64,000 nucleotides of DNA, from contig CAKJXZ020000028.1 of assembly GCA_918234285.1 (NCBI GenBank), forward strand, positions 1-64,000, read 5' to 3'. The position numbers and the translations under genes were made by a program. Below, piece by piece: positions 18,121 through 28,666 of the stretch. How positions within the stretch are numbered: the stretch's first letter is position 1; each line of letters starts with the position of its first letter. The notes under the pieces are model-generated. The model did not search any database. It saw nothing but the letters and a program-made list of their open reading frames with translations, and was not told where the DNA came from. The stretch is from Pseudomonadota bacterium. GTDB taxonomy: Bacteria; Pseudomonadota; Alphaproteobacteria; RF32; CAG-239.

Positions 18121-20335
18121 CTGGATTCTCCAATTTTTCAATCAACTGTTCACAGATATTTTCTTTGGTATAGAAGAACGAGTCGTATATTTTGCGAGTA
18201 ATCTCATCGGTTTTGAAATTGTTTTCGCAATATTCGATAACCCGCTCGACGGCAGCATCTTCGTCAAAAAATACATCAGGCAATACATATTGTTTGTAGT
18301 CAAATCTGCTTAAATCTTTGCTATCATAACGTCCCAACATCGGGTCGCCTTTATCCAACATATAAAACACCACCGGCTTATATTGAAACATAAAATCAAA
18401 AGCCACCGAAGAAAAATCGGTTATCAAACAAGAGCATTGTCGGATATATTGTGAAATACTATCGCTTTCTACAATCTTGATGTTGTTTTCGTCTGATAAA
18501 TCAAAATCAATATGCATATTTACCCAAAGCGCATGATGAGGTGCATAATATAATGTAATATTGTTTTTCTTGAGATATTTCGCTAATTTTTGATTATGCA
18601 GTAATTTCAACAAATTATACTTATACAATGACTGCTCGAAAGTTAAGGCATTAAGTTGTCTGAAGGTAAACATTAAAAGAATACTTTTTTCTTGCGGTTT
18701 CGGCAGGTCTTTCAACAAATCCCAACGCGGCAAACCGACCTTTATAAACTTCTCCGGCGGAAAATCATATTTAAGCCAAAGATTTTCTTCGCGGTCGGAA
18801 CATACCAAGAACTTATCGAATTTATTTGGAAATAAATAACCTTTATACAGCACACTTTCTTTCATGTAAGTTGGTCCGTGCTGTAAGAAGATATACTGCC
18901 AAGACGGATGACGACGGAAGAACATTTCCGTAGTACCGGAATTTTCACCAAACGAGGATAAAATATATTTGGTACGCAGCAAAACCTCATAAATCTTCTG
19001 CATAAATTCATTCGGGTGTGTTTGTGTGGAGAAATTCAAAACAATTACGTTTTCCAACTTATCCTCGGCCGCCAATTTTTGATAAAGTGCAGTTTGTTTG
19101 CGTACCACATAATAGGCTCGCAGACCCTTTTCTCTCATCTTTGCAAACAAAGTATATGCATCGATTGCTTCCGCCTTTTCATCATGCAAGCAATCAAACA
19201 AAAGATAGGTATCTTTCGGGTATTTCTTATAGTTTTTGCGCACCAGATTAATGTAATGCTGTTCGACAGCTAAGCGTCCGCAACGGCGTTTTATTTTGAA
19301 AGTAATGTTGAATATTTTGATTACGTTATGTCGCGGTGCTTTGGAAATCTTGATGTATTTTCCGAAAATATTCTTCAACTTATCTTTAAACCTAATTTTA
19401 CATTGCTTTTTCATTTCGTAAAATTCTTTGGCGGTCAAAAATTTACGCGCCGATTTTAAAAACGGTATTCTTTCGGAAGCCGGAACATTGCCGTATGTCC
19501 AAGCCATATTCATAGTTTTGAAATAATGCAGGTTCAGAGCCATCCGGTCGCGAAGATTTTGTTCGGTAAGAATCTGCTCGAGTTTTTCGGTAATTTCAAA
19601 AAAGTCCAGATATTTTTTGGTATAGCTGCGGACAATGGATTGCTTGCGTAAAATGTAATTATAGCCGGCATAGTCCAAAAAAGAAACGTTCTTTGCCAAT
19701 ATATGACTTTGCAAAATAAACGGACAATCTTCATAGCACATATTGTCAGTAAACCGGATATTATTTTTTTGCAAAAGCGAACGGCGATAAATTCTGTTCC
19801 AAGAATAACACGGAGAAATCAAAAGCGTATCCAACAAAGTTTCACGGTCGATGTTTTTACCCGACTCAACCTCTACCGGTTCGGCTTTGATATATTTAAC
19901 GGCTTTTTCAAAAAAATTATGCTCGAGTATGCGGTTGGTCCAAGATTGATAGCGCACATAATCGCAGATAACAATATCCGAATTCAGTTTTTTTGCCTGG
20001 TTATACAATTTTTCATACATATCTTCTTTGACCCAATCATCAGGGTCAATAAATCCGATATATTCACCGGTAGCTGCTTGTATACCGTTGTTGCGCGCCA
20101 CTCCCGGTCCGCCGTTTTCTTGATTAATAATTTTAATCCGCTTATCTTTGCGGGCAAAGCATTCCAAAATAGCCAAAGAATCATCGGTGGAAGCGTCGTT
20201 GACGCAGATAATCTCTATATCTTTGAGAGTCTGATCAATTAAAGATTTCAAACATCTAGGCAGATAACCTTGAACATTATACACCGGCAAAATAATCGAA
20301 ACCTTCGGCTTAGAAACGACTATATCTTTTTTCAT
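18110..20335 (-). CDS. GT2 glycosyltransferase fused to a TagF-like CDP-glycerol/ribitol phosphotransferase
   Basis: SIILPVYNV, NDASTD, ARNNG, FIDPDD; C-terminal FLQHG, GLPRWD, LLMFTFR, LITDFSSVAFDF. Confidence 0.88.
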   Translation of the reverse strand: MKKDIVVSKPKVSIILPVYNVQGYLPRCLKSLIDQTLKDIEIICVNDASTDDSLAILECFARKDKRIKIINQENGGPGVARNNGIQAATGEYIGFIDPDDWVKEDMYEKLYNQAKKLNSDIVICDYVRYQSWTNRILEHNFFEKAVKYIKAEPVEVESGKNIDRETLLDTLLISPCYSWNRIYRRSLLQKNNIRFTDNMCYEDCPFILQSHILAKNVSFLDYAGYNYILRKQSIVRSYTKKYLDFFEITEKLEQILTEQNLRDRMALNLHYFKTMNMAWTYGNVPASERIPFLKSARKFLTAKEFYEMKKQCKIRFKDKLKNIFGKYIKISKAPRHNVIKIFNITFKIKRRCGRLAVEQHYINLVRKNYKKYPKDTYLLFDCLHDEKAEAIDAYTLFAKMREKGLRAYYVVRKQTALYQKLAAEDKLENVIVLNFSTQTHPNEFMQKIYEVLLRTKYILSSFGENSGTTEMFFRRHPSWQYIFLQHGPTYMKESVLYKGYLFPNKFDKFLVCSDREENLWLKYDFPPEKFIKVGLPRWDLLKDLPKPQEKSILLMFTFRQLNALTFEQSLYKYNLLKLLHNQKLAKYLKKNNITLYYAPHHALWVNMHIDFDLSDENNIKIVESDSISQYIRQCSCLITDFSSVAFDFMFQYKPVVFYMLDKGDPMLGRYDSKDLSRFDYKQYVLPDVFFDEDAAVERVIEYCENNFKTDEITRKIYDSFFYTKENICEQLIEKLENPDEK

Positions 20336-20495
20336 TATAACTTCCTTCGGCAGATACTTTGTAAAAATATGATTCACTATATTAAAGTATATTTTGTTGT
20401 CAAGGTGTTTTATGCCAAATCCCCGAAGATGCGCGGTAATAAAAAACACGTTATGCGGTCAGGCATAACGTGTTTTTCTAAAGATTACATCTTCC

Positions 20496-20771
20496 CTAAA
20501 TAATGTTTATCAGGTGCAACAGCCAAAGTCCCGTCAACGGAAACCATAATTTGGCGCACAACATCCACGTTGATTCGAGCCATTTCGGCATTTTGGTTTC
20601 GTCAATCCAGAACGGTGTGACGAAAAGCAATAATTCCGCTATTGCCAGGGTAATGGCATAGGGATCTCCCTTAAACGCGTTGCCCAGCAAAACGACGGCA
20701 AACGCTCCCAAGGCTGCCGATATCAAAAAAGCGGCACAACCTTTGGCTCTTTTCTTCAAACTGGTACTCAT
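20496..20771 (-). CDS. Small membrane protein (91 aa, 3 TM)
   Basis: Three hydrophobic helices; minus-strand TTGACA-16bp-TATACT at 20834-20807; hairpin leader with no SD. Confidence 0.65.
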   Translation of the reverse strand: MSTSLKKRAKGCAAFLISAALGAFAVVLLGNAFKGDPYAITLAIAELLLFVTPFWIDETKMPKWLESTWMLCAKLWFPLTGLWLLHLINII

Positions 20772-20925
20772 AGGGCAAATAATATCTAAATATTCGAATT
20801 TGCTTCAGTATAACAGATATGTAAATTTTGTCAAGTTTTTTATCGAAGATATTTTTTTCTTGACAGCGGCAGGCAGATTGTCGATAAAAAATACAATGTC
20901 GAAGCAGTGGAAAAGGAGTTGTTGC

Positions 20926-21576
20926 ATGACGAACATGGAAGATATTATGAACGAATTGGCGCGATTGCCGCGGACCTCGTTCGGTGTATCGGTGCCGGCA
21001 CTGCGACAAACAGCACGGCGTATTGCGCGTGACGATTATCGGATTTTACTTGATAACTCTCGGCTCGAAACTTTCGAACTACGGTTGTTGAATGCGTTGG
21101 TGTTGGGTTATGCTCGTGATGATTTACCGCGTCTGCTCGATTGTTTTGCCCGTTTTGTACCATATGTCGACGATTGGGCAGTGTGCGATGCACTGTGCCA
21201 GGGATTTACGGTGGCACGACGTTATCCCGAACCGATGTGGGATTTTGTTATGCAATACCGTAATTCGCGGCAAGAATTTGAAGCGCGAATTGTGGCGGTG
21301 GTGTTGTTAAGTCATTATTTGAATGATGACTATATCACCAGAGTGATAGCGGTTTTGGACTCGCTTTATACCGAAAAATATTATGCGCAAATGGGTGTTG
21401 CCTGGGCTTTGGCGACGATTTGTGCCAAGTATCCCGAAAAGTGCCTGCAATATTTACGCGCGCCGAATAATTTAGATGCAACCACTTTCAGAATGGCAAT
21501 TCGCAAAATTAACGAATCATTCCGCGTGGAGTCGGAAGTTAAACGGCAAGCGCTCCGTTTGCGCGGCTTAAAATAA
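20926..21576 (+). CDS. DNA alkylation repair enzyme (AlkD-like HEAT repeat)
   Basis: GVSVPALR, VDDWAVCD and YYAQMGVAWAL; SD AAGGAG. Confidence 0.85.
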   Translation: MTNMEDIMNELARLPRTSFGVSVPALRQTARRIARDDYRILLDNSRLETFELRLLNALVLGYARDDLPRLLDCFARFVPYVDDWAVCDALCQGFTVARRYPEPMWDFVMQYRNSRQEFEARIVAVVLLSHYLNDDYITRVIAVLDSLYTEKYYAQMGVAWALATICAKYPEKCLQYLRAPNNLDATTFRMAIRKINESFRVESEVKRQALRLRGLK

Positions 21577-21993
21577 CTCGTGTAAAAACATACTGTGCGG
21601 GAAAATCACGATATGCACAAACAGCCAGACTACCGAAAACACGCGGGCAAACCATACAATGCGGTCTTTTTGCTGATAAATCCACCAGCCGCTGATAACC
21701 ATGAGATTATCACAAAACAGTCGGTTGCTCCAATGTTCTACCCCTTGCAACCAATATTCGACGGCATGACCGGCCAGGCCTTCCTCGAGATAATGCTCCA
21801 GCGTTTCCCACATATAGGCTACCAACAGAGTAATGACAAAGCTGATTTTCAGTCGCAAGCCATCGGAAATTTTTTCATCTTTGATGAGTTTGTTCGCCGC
21901 CCACGTTGAAAAACAACCGACCGTAACCCCCATAATCAGATGTTCGATTGACCAAACATCAAATGCCGCTTCGGTTTTCAGTCCCCAAATCAT
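21568..21993 (-). CDS. Conserved membrane protein
   Basis: 4 TM; D.WS.EH...G, WE..E and GVEHWSNR motifs. Confidence 0.75.
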   Translation of the reverse strand: MIWGLKTEAAFDVWSIEHLIMGVTVGCFSTWAANKLIKDEKISDGLRLKISFVITLLVAYMWETLEHYLEEGLAGHAVEYWLQGVEHWSNRLFCDNLMVISGWWIYQQKDRIVWFARVFSVVWLFVHIVIFPHSMFLHELF

Positions 21994-21996
21994 CGG

Positions 21997-23994
21997 TTAA
22001 ATATCCAGATTGTCAACGAATTTGGCGCGCTCGATAATAAAACGGAAACGCGGCTCCGGATCTTTACCCATCAGGCGCTCAACCTGTCGGCGCGTTTCAA
22101 AATCTTCGGCGCGGCCTTCTTCGGTATCGGTGCTCGGAATCATCACTCTGAGCAGCACGCGGTTATTTTTATCCATGGTGGTTTCTTTGAGCTGTGCCGG
22201 GCTCATTTCGCCCAAACCTTTGAAGCGGCTGATATCCGGCTTGATATTGCCTTTGACAACCTTTTTCAAAATCTTGTCTTTTTCCTCATCATCAAGCGCA
22301 TAATAGTTCTTGCCGCCGGCCACGATTTTATACAGCGGCGGGGTGGCAATAAACAAATGCCCGTTTTCAATCAACTTCGGCATGTGCTGATAGAAAAACG
22401 TCATCAACAGCGAAGTGATGTGCGCTCCGTCAACATCGGCATCGGTCATGATGATGATTTTCTCATAGCGCAGATTATCCTCGTTATAGTTGTCTTTAAC
22501 TCCGCAACCGAGCGCCTCAATCATATCCTTGATTTCTTGATTTTGTGCGATTCGCTCAACCGAAGCACTGGCCACGTTTAAAATTTTACCGCGAAGCGGC
22601 AAAATAGCCTGCGTAACTCTGTCTCGTCCTTGTTTGGCCGAACCGCCGGCGGAATCACCCTCAACGATAAAAATCTCTGTATTTTCCGCGGCTGCTTGTG
22701 AGCAATCGGCAAGTTTGCCCGGCAGACGCAATTTTTTGGTCGGAGCTTTACGGGCCTGTGCTTTTTCTTCTTTCTTTTTGCGGCGGGCTTCGGCGCGTTC
22801 CAAAACATATTCTATCAGCGCCTTGGCATTTTCCACATCGGAAGAAAGCCAGTGATCAAACGAATCTTTAACCGCCGTTTCCACCAAATGAATGGCCTTG
22901 GTTGAAGTCAGTTTATCTTTGGTTTGGCCCTGAAATTGCGGGTCGGTGATAAACACCGAAAGCATCAGACAGGCATCGCTCAACAAATCATCGGCGGTCA
23001 TGGCGGAAATTTTCTTATAATTCGCCATTTCGCCGTATTCTTTCAACCCGCGGGTCAAGGCCGAGCGGAAGCCGGTTTCGTGAGTGCCGCCGTCCGGAGT
23101 GATAACCGTGTTGCAATAGGAATACGAAAAGCCTTTTTCATCAAGCGGCCACGTAATGGCCCATTCAACCCGCCCTTCGTTGTTGGCCAGTTCCGATTCG
23201 CCGGTGAATGCAGTGCGATTGATGGTGGCACGTTCTCCGATTTGAATATTTAAAAAGTCGGATAAACCGTTGGGATAATGCAATTCTGCGTTAAGTGGCG
23301 TGGTATCACCTTCGGTAATCAGTTCCGGTGCGCACTTCCAATTAATCAAAACACCCTTAAACAAAAAAGCCTTGGAGCGAGCCATTCGATAAACCCGGTT
23401 GGCGATAAATTGATTATTACCCTCAAAGATTTCGGCATCGGGCTTGAAGGTTATCGAAGTACCGCGCCGATTCGGGCAATTACCGACCAACTCAAGCGGC
23501 GTCAGCGGTTTGCCGCGAGAATATTCTTGTCGCCAGAGTTTTTTGTCACGAGCCACTTCCACAATCAGTGTTTCCGCCAACGCATTAACCACCGATAAAC
23601 CGACACCGTGCAAACCGCCGGAAACTTTATAAGCGCCGCCGCCGAATTTGCCGCCGGAGTGCAAAGTTGTTAAAATAACTTCGAGTGCCGATACACCTGG
23701 ATATTTCGGGTGTTCATCAACCGGAATGCCGCGCCCGTTATCGGTGATGGTAACCGTGCCGTCGGCATTCATCGTTACATCAATATGATTGGCAAAACCG
23801 GCAACCGCTTCATCCATGGAATTATCCAAAATCTCGGCCACCAAATGGTGCATCGCCTGAATGTCGGTACCGCCGATATACATCCCCGGGCGATGGCGTA
23901 CCGGCTCCAAACCCTCCAACACTTCAATATCGGTGGCAGTATATTCGGCTTTGCTTTGCGTTGATGATGCATTCGTTTCAAATAAATCGGACAT
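21997..23994 (-). CDS. parE: DNA topoisomerase IV subunit B
   Basis: EILDNSMDEA, LHSGGKF, VEGDSAGGS, PLRGKILN, MTDADVDG; lacks the proteobacterial GyrB insertion. Confidence 0.93.
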   Translation of the reverse strand: MSDLFETNASSTQSKAEYTATDIEVLEGLEPVRHRPGMYIGGTDIQAMHHLVAEILDNSMDEAVAGFANHIDVTMNADGTVTITDNGRGIPVDEHPKYPGVSALEVILTTLHSGGKFGGGAYKVSGGLHGVGLSVVNALAETLIVEVARDKKLWRQEYSRGKPLTPLELVGNCPNRRGTSITFKPDAEIFEGNNQFIANRVYRMARSKAFLFKGVLINWKCAPELITEGDTTPLNAELHYPNGLSDFLNIQIGERATINRTAFTGESELANNEGRVEWAITWPLDEKGFSYSYCNTVITPDGGTHETGFRSALTRGLKEYGEMANYKKISAMTADDLLSDACLMLSVFITDPQFQGQTKDKLTSTKAIHLVETAVKDSFDHWLSSDVENAKALIEYVLERAEARRKKKEEKAQARKAPTKKLRLPGKLADCSQAAAENTEIFIVEGDSAGGSAKQGRDRVTQAILPLRGKILNVASASVERIAQNQEIKDMIEALGCGVKDNYNEDNLRYEKIIIMTDADVDGAHITSLLMTFFYQHMPKLIENGHLFIATPPLYKIVAGGKNYYALDDEEKDKILKKVVKGNIKPDISRFKGLGEMSPAQLKETTMDKNNRVLLRVMIPSTDTEEGRAEDFETRRQVERLMGKDPEPRFRFIIERAKFVDNLDI

Positions 23995-24100
23995 TTTTTC
24001 CCTCAAAAAAACTCTCAAATTGTCGCCAAAATAGCCGATAAACGCGAAAAATACAAGCAAAAACCCAAATTCATAAACAAAAATGTAACAATAATACATG

Positions 24101-24129
24101 TTGACAAAAAAATCAAAATGCGTTATAAT
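24101..24129 (+). promoter_or_regulatory. Consensus sigma70 promoter
   Basis: TTGACA-17bp-TATAAT, exact consensus. Confidence 0.75.
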
Positions 24130-24170
24130 ACAGCTATAATTTGGCGGATATGACAACGGGAGAAATCAAA

Positions 24171-24851
24171 ATGGTAAAGCCGAACAAAGAATACTTGGTT
24201 GAAGCTGAAAATAACGGCGCGCGCATACGCAAATTGCGGGCAAAAATTGCCGGTGGCGTGGTGGTTGCCGGCGCAACGGTTGCCACAGTGATGGGTTTAG
24301 GCAGTATGAATTCGGCCAGTGGTGAGGAGAAAGACAATTCGCAAAAGAATTCGACGGAAGTTCCGGCACCGAGTGCTACTCCCGTTAATGACGGTAAAAC
24401 CGCATACCCCTTCGGCTACAGCGATCCGAATGAAAATCCGGAAACGCCGGAACAAAGAAACGAGCGTGAGGCTGAAGAAGAATTTGAAAGAATCCGAGCC
24501 GGCGAATATACACACGGTGATGCCGGAACCGACCGTGCTCTGCGGGGTGTGCAGATGGGCGAACGGCAGGGAACACTCAAAGAAGGCGATATTCCGCAAT
24601 ATACCCTGACCGGTGCTTCTCCGCAATATGATGATGAGCCGGGAGTCGTACATGACGGTTTTGCCATTGACGGCAGCGAAATCCCGTCGGAAAGTAAAGG
24701 TATCAGAACCTGGCAAAACGAGGACGAAGATGTATCGCAAATGATACGGAATCGTATGAATTCGCGTTTTGACATATCAACAAGGGCGCAAAAGGAAATG
24801 GCTTTGCAGTTGATGAAACATATTAAAAGTAACCATTCGGATTATGATTAA
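24171..24851 (+). CDS. Orphan protein with one TM helix and an acidic, disordered body
   Basis: SD GGGAG; TM IAGGVVVAGATVATVMGLG; terminator at 24859-24893. Confidence 0.75.
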   Translation: MVKPNKEYLVEAENNGARIRKLRAKIAGGVVVAGATVATVMGLGSMNSASGEEKDNSQKNSTEVPAPSATPVNDGKTAYPFGYSDPNENPETPEQRNEREAEEEFERIRAGEYTHGDAGTDRALRGVQMGERQGTLKEGDIPQYTLTGASPQYDDEPGVVHDGFAIDGSEIPSESKGIRTWQNEDEDVSQMIRNRMNSRFDISTRAQKEMALQLMKHIKSNHSDYD

Positions 24852-24992
24852 ATGCCCGAAATCTCTCGTATAAAAATGCGAGAGATTTTTTTTGCGCGAT
24901 TCCAAATATTGCACAGTATCATAAAAATGTTGCACACCGTAACAAAGTGATTATAATAACCGATATTGTTAATTTTTATCGGAGTATGGATT

Positions 24993-26525
24993 ATGAAAAA
25001 AGTTTTGTTGACGTTGGCAATTTCCTTTATTTACGGCACAACATCGTTTGCCGCCGCACCGGTGGCCGAACAAATGGCAGAAATCTTGACATCCTCTTAC
25101 GGGGCTGAGGTAAAAGTAGAGGCCGATGAGGGGAAATGTTCGGTAAATTATCCGGCAACAACGGTCAAAGAAGATGCAATGGATTTTTCCAAGTTGGCCA
25201 TGCCGGGTTTGGGAGCAGCCGCACCTGCTCCGGCAACCGACAAAACCTCCGAATATACCATACCTGCAACCGCGGCCGACTGTAAAAGAATTGAGGATTT
25301 CAAGTCTTATGCGCAATACGAGGTTTCCGTAAACTCTTTGCATAAATTTCTGGCGCAGATTTACAATAACTTCAATTTTGCATTTGTAAAAGATTTGACC
25401 GCCGGCTCTTATAAAGAAAAAATAAAAATGGTGCCGGAAATCGGTGTGGTCAGTTACAGCGAGTTGCATGTCAACGATTTGTCGTATACCAAAAAAGACG
25501 AAACCACCGGCCTCAAGAGTGAAATCGGTAATCTCGCCGCTCTTGATACGCACCAACAATTCACCGAAGAAAATAATCTGGTAAAAAACAGCGCCGAAGT
25601 GTCTATGGATTCGCTTAATTTGGCGTTTCCGATATTTTCGTTGCACATCAAAAGCGAAAAACATCGTTCGGAAGTTACTTATGAAATGCCGACCGATACC
25701 GCCTTTAACTATCAGCAATTAGTTGACAATATTCCGTTTTTATCCGCGATAAAATCTTCCGCGCTGATCGACGATGTCAAAATCGGAGTTGATATGTTCG
25801 GTTTTAATTTGGGCTTTGATGCCGAGATTAAAAACACCATACAACGCGAGAACGACGAATATTTTTATATTCTGGGACAAACGGCATTCAACGATATCAA
25901 AATCGACGGCGGATTTCTCGACAATTTCATAAATCCGAGCATTCAGCCTAAGCAGATAGCGTTGAAATATTCCATCAAAAATATTGCGGCCGCCGATGCT
26001 ATTGCTTTGAGCAAAATTCCGGACCAAGACGATTTAACGGATGCGGAAAAAGAAAAAAATGAGGAACTTGCCGCCGAAATCATCGATAAAATTGCGCAAA
26101 AAGTTAAACTGACGGCAAATGCCGAGGTTAAATTTGCCGCCGGCAATATCAGCGGAATTTGGGTATTGGAAGACAAAAACGGTTATCTGTACGGCGCGGG
26201 AAAAATCAAAGTCAGCAATTTATTCGGTATTTTTCCGGAGCAGAAACAATGCGTGAATAATCCGCAGGCCGCTAAGATTCCGGATTGCAACAATGTGATT
26301 TTAGCGGAATTGAAAGACGTAATCGACATTACCAAAAACGATTCGGAAACCGTTTATAAATATACCGAGCAGGGAGTGTTTAAGAACAATGTCAGAATTG
26401 CCGACCCGGTAAAGTTGGACTTCAAAAAAATGTATTTGGAAAAACAGCGGGAAGACCGGGAAAAACAGGCTAAAATCGAAGAAATGATGAACAACCTGCA
26501 AAACGGCAACGATTTGCAACCGTAA
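24993..26525 (+). CDS. Secreted hypothetical protein
   Basis: Signal peptide MKKVLLTLAISFIYGTTSFA|A; 510-aa ORF with native codon usage. Confidence 0.8.
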   Translation: MKKVLLTLAISFIYGTTSFAAAPVAEQMAEILTSSYGAEVKVEADEGKCSVNYPATTVKEDAMDFSKLAMPGLGAAAPAPATDKTSEYTIPATAADCKRIEDFKSYAQYEVSVNSLHKFLAQIYNNFNFAFVKDLTAGSYKEKIKMVPEIGVVSYSELHVNDLSYTKKDETTGLKSEIGNLAALDTHQQFTEENNLVKNSAEVSMDSLNLAFPIFSLHIKSEKHRSEVTYEMPTDTAFNYQQLVDNIPFLSAIKSSALIDDVKIGVDMFGFNLGFDAEIKNTIQRENDEYFYILGQTAFNDIKIDGGFLDNFINPSIQPKQIALKYSIKNIAAADAIALSKIPDQDDLTDAEKEKNEELAAEIIDKIAQKVKLTANAEVKFAAGNISGIWVLEDKNGYLYGAGKIKVSNLFGIFPEQKQCVNNPQAAKIPDCNNVILAELKDVIDITKNDSETVYKYTEQGVFKNNVRIADPVKLDFKKMYLEKQREDREKQAKIEEMMNNLQNGNDLQP

Positions 26526-26675
26526 CCTCAATATATTCGAGAGGTTTTCCGGGCTTGGATTCTAAAATATCCGTCTGACGAATATTTTTTATCCAAGTCT
26601 TTAAAAAAACACTTGAAAAATCAAAAAAATGTGGTAGAAATAGCCCGAAGTCGCAATGGTGCGGCTTTATAACAA

Positions 26676-26760
26676 TACACACGCAGACAGGCGTCAGGGC
26701 TAAAGTCCTCGTCGCTCCGGTGCTGTAAAAAGCCAAGAGTCTGCGGAGGTTTAACCGGAA
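26676..26760 (+). promoter_or_regulatory. rpsB (S2) autoregulatory leader
   Basis: ACACACGCAGAC...GTCTGCGGAGG..AACC stem directly upstream of rpsB, typical of proteobacterial S2 leaders. Confidence 0.7.
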
Positions 26761-26776
26761 AAAGGATATATATAAA

Positions 26777-27586
26777 ATGACAATTCCTACATTTACATTA
26801 CGTCAGATGGTTGAAGCTGGCGTACACTTCGGACACCACGCTCGTCGTTGGAATCCGCAAATGGCACCGTATATTTACGGCAAAAAAGATAATGTTCACA
26901 TTATCGACTTGCAAAAATCTTATCCGATGCTTTACAACGCATTGAATGCAACCCGCGATGTGGCTGCTCAGGGCGGTAAGGTTTTGTTTGTGGCTACCAA
27001 AAGACAAGCGCAGGAAATCGTTAAGGAAAGCGCTGAAAGATGCGGACAATATTATGTTAACTATCGCTGGCTCGGCGGTATGCTGACTAACTGGAAGACC
27101 GTTTATAAATCAATTACGCGTCTGAACAAGCTTAACGAAATGGAAGAAAAGAACGCTTATGAAGGCTACACCAAAAAAGAAATCTTGAACCTGAAAAAAG
27201 AACGCGAAAAATTAGCGGTTGTTTTGAACGGTATCAAAGATATGGGCGGTCAGCCGGATTTGCTGTTCGTAATCGATACGCCGAAAGAAGCTTTGGCGGT
27301 TAAAGAAGCTAAAAAACTGGGTATCCCGGTTGTCGGCATTGTAGATACGAATGCTAACCCGAATGAAGTTGACTATCCGGTGCCGGGTAACGACGATGCA
27401 TTGAGAGCAATTCAATTTTATTGCGACTTAATCTCCGGCGCTATTTTGGATGGTGTTTCGGCCGAAATCGCCGCCAAAGGTTTGGATGTGGAAAACGCTG
27501 AAGTAGCAGAAGAAAAAGCTGCTCCGAAAAAGCGTGCACCGCGCAAAACCAAGGCTGCCGCAAGCGCCGAAGCTTCTGCCGAATAA
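26777..27586 (+). CDS. rpsB: 30S ribosomal protein S2
   Basis: AGVHFGH, RWLGGMLTNW and PGNDDA. Confidence 0.99.
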   Translation: MTIPTFTLRQMVEAGVHFGHHARRWNPQMAPYIYGKKDNVHIIDLQKSYPMLYNALNATRDVAAQGGKVLFVATKRQAQEIVKESAERCGQYYVNYRWLGGMLTNWKTVYKSITRLNKLNEMEEKNAYEGYTKKEILNLKKEREKLAVVLNGIKDMGGQPDLLFVIDTPKEALAVKEAKKLGIPVVGIVDTNANPNEVDYPVPGNDDALRAIQFYCDLISGAILDGVSAEIAAKGLDVENAEVAEEKAAPKKRAPRKTKAAASAEASAE

Positions 27587-27686
27587 GCATTAAGCCGATT
27601 TGGTATGGATTGAATGGCGCGGCGGTTAATCCGATTGCCGCGCCGTATTTGAAAAGTTGAAATTTTGAATATAAGGAATTAAAATA

Positions 27687-28610
27687 ATGGCAGATATTAC
27701 AGCCGCTATGGTAAAAGAATTGAGAGAAACAACCGGCGCCGGAATGCTTGATTGCAAAAAGGCTTTGGTTGAAGCAAACGGAAATATGGAAACGGCCGTT
27801 GATTGGTTGCGTAAAAAAGGTTTGGCCTCGGCCGCTAAAAAATCCAGCCGCATTGCCGCCGAAGGTTTGGTTGCGGTTTATGTTGAAGGTAATAAAGGTG
27901 CGGCGGTTGAAGTTAACTCCGAAACCGACTTCGTTGCCAAAAACGATATCTTTCAGGCTTATGTTGAAGATGCCGCTAAAGTTGCCTTGGCTAACAACGG
28001 CGATGTTGAAGCAATGAAAAATGCCGCCGATGCCAGCGGTAAAACTTTTGGCGAGCGTTTAACCGATATGGTTGCACGCATTGGCGAAAATATGAATTTG
28101 CGCCGCGCTAAAGTTGTCAGCGTTAACAACGGTTTGGTATGTTCTTACATTCACAATGCGGCACGCGCCGGTTTGGGTAAAATCGGTGTATTGGTTGCGT
28201 TGGAATCTACGGCGGATAAAGCACAGTTGGCTGATTTGGGTAAGCATATCGCAATGCACGTTGCCGCTGCTCAGCCGATTGCTTTGAATGTGGCTAGTGT
28301 TGATCCGGCTGCGGTAGAACATGAGAAATCTATTTTTGCCGAGCAGGCTGCTGCTTCCGGCAAACCGGCCGCTATCGTCGAAAAAATGGTGGAAGGCCGC
28401 ATCCGCAAGTTCTATGAAGAAGTTGTTTTGGAAGAACAAAACTATATTATGGATCCGGATAAAAAAGTTAAAGACGTTATTGCCGAAAAGGCTAAAGAAT
28501 GCGGTGCCGACATCAAATTGACGGACTATGTGTTCTTTAAACTCGGCGACGGCTTGCAGAAAAAAGAAGAAGATTTTGCCGCAGAAGTTCAAGCTCAATT
28601 GGCAAAATAA
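27687..28610 (+). CDS. tsf: Elongation factor Ts
   Basis: [19 protein letters not shown] and [10 protein letters not shown]. Confidence 0.99.
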   Translation: MADITAAMVKELRETTGAGMLDCKKALVEANGNMETAVDWLRKKGLASAAKKSSRIAAEGLVAVYVEGNKGAAVEVNSETDFVAKNDIFQAYVEDAAKVALANNGDVEAMKNAADASGKTFGERLTDMVARIGENMNLRRAKVVSVNNGLVCSYIHNAARAGLGKIGVLVALESTADKAQLADLGKHIAMHVAAAQPIALNVASVDPAAVEHEKSIFAEQAAASGKPAAIVEKMVEGRIRKFYEEVVLEEQNYIMDPDKKVKDVIAEKAKECGADIKLTDYVFFKLGDGLQKKEEDFAAEVQAQLAK

Positions 28611-28666
28611 TTTTGAAATGACGGTGCTTTCCGGCAACGGGAGGCACCGTACTGATTTTAGCAGGT

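Noticed and set aside
20680-20925. N-terminal extension of the AlkD-like ORF, and similar extensions of parE, lptF, grpE and GT2 in the ORF track
   Set aside because: The extensions overlap promoters or opposite genes; downstream ATGs fit the family N-termini, usually with an SD.
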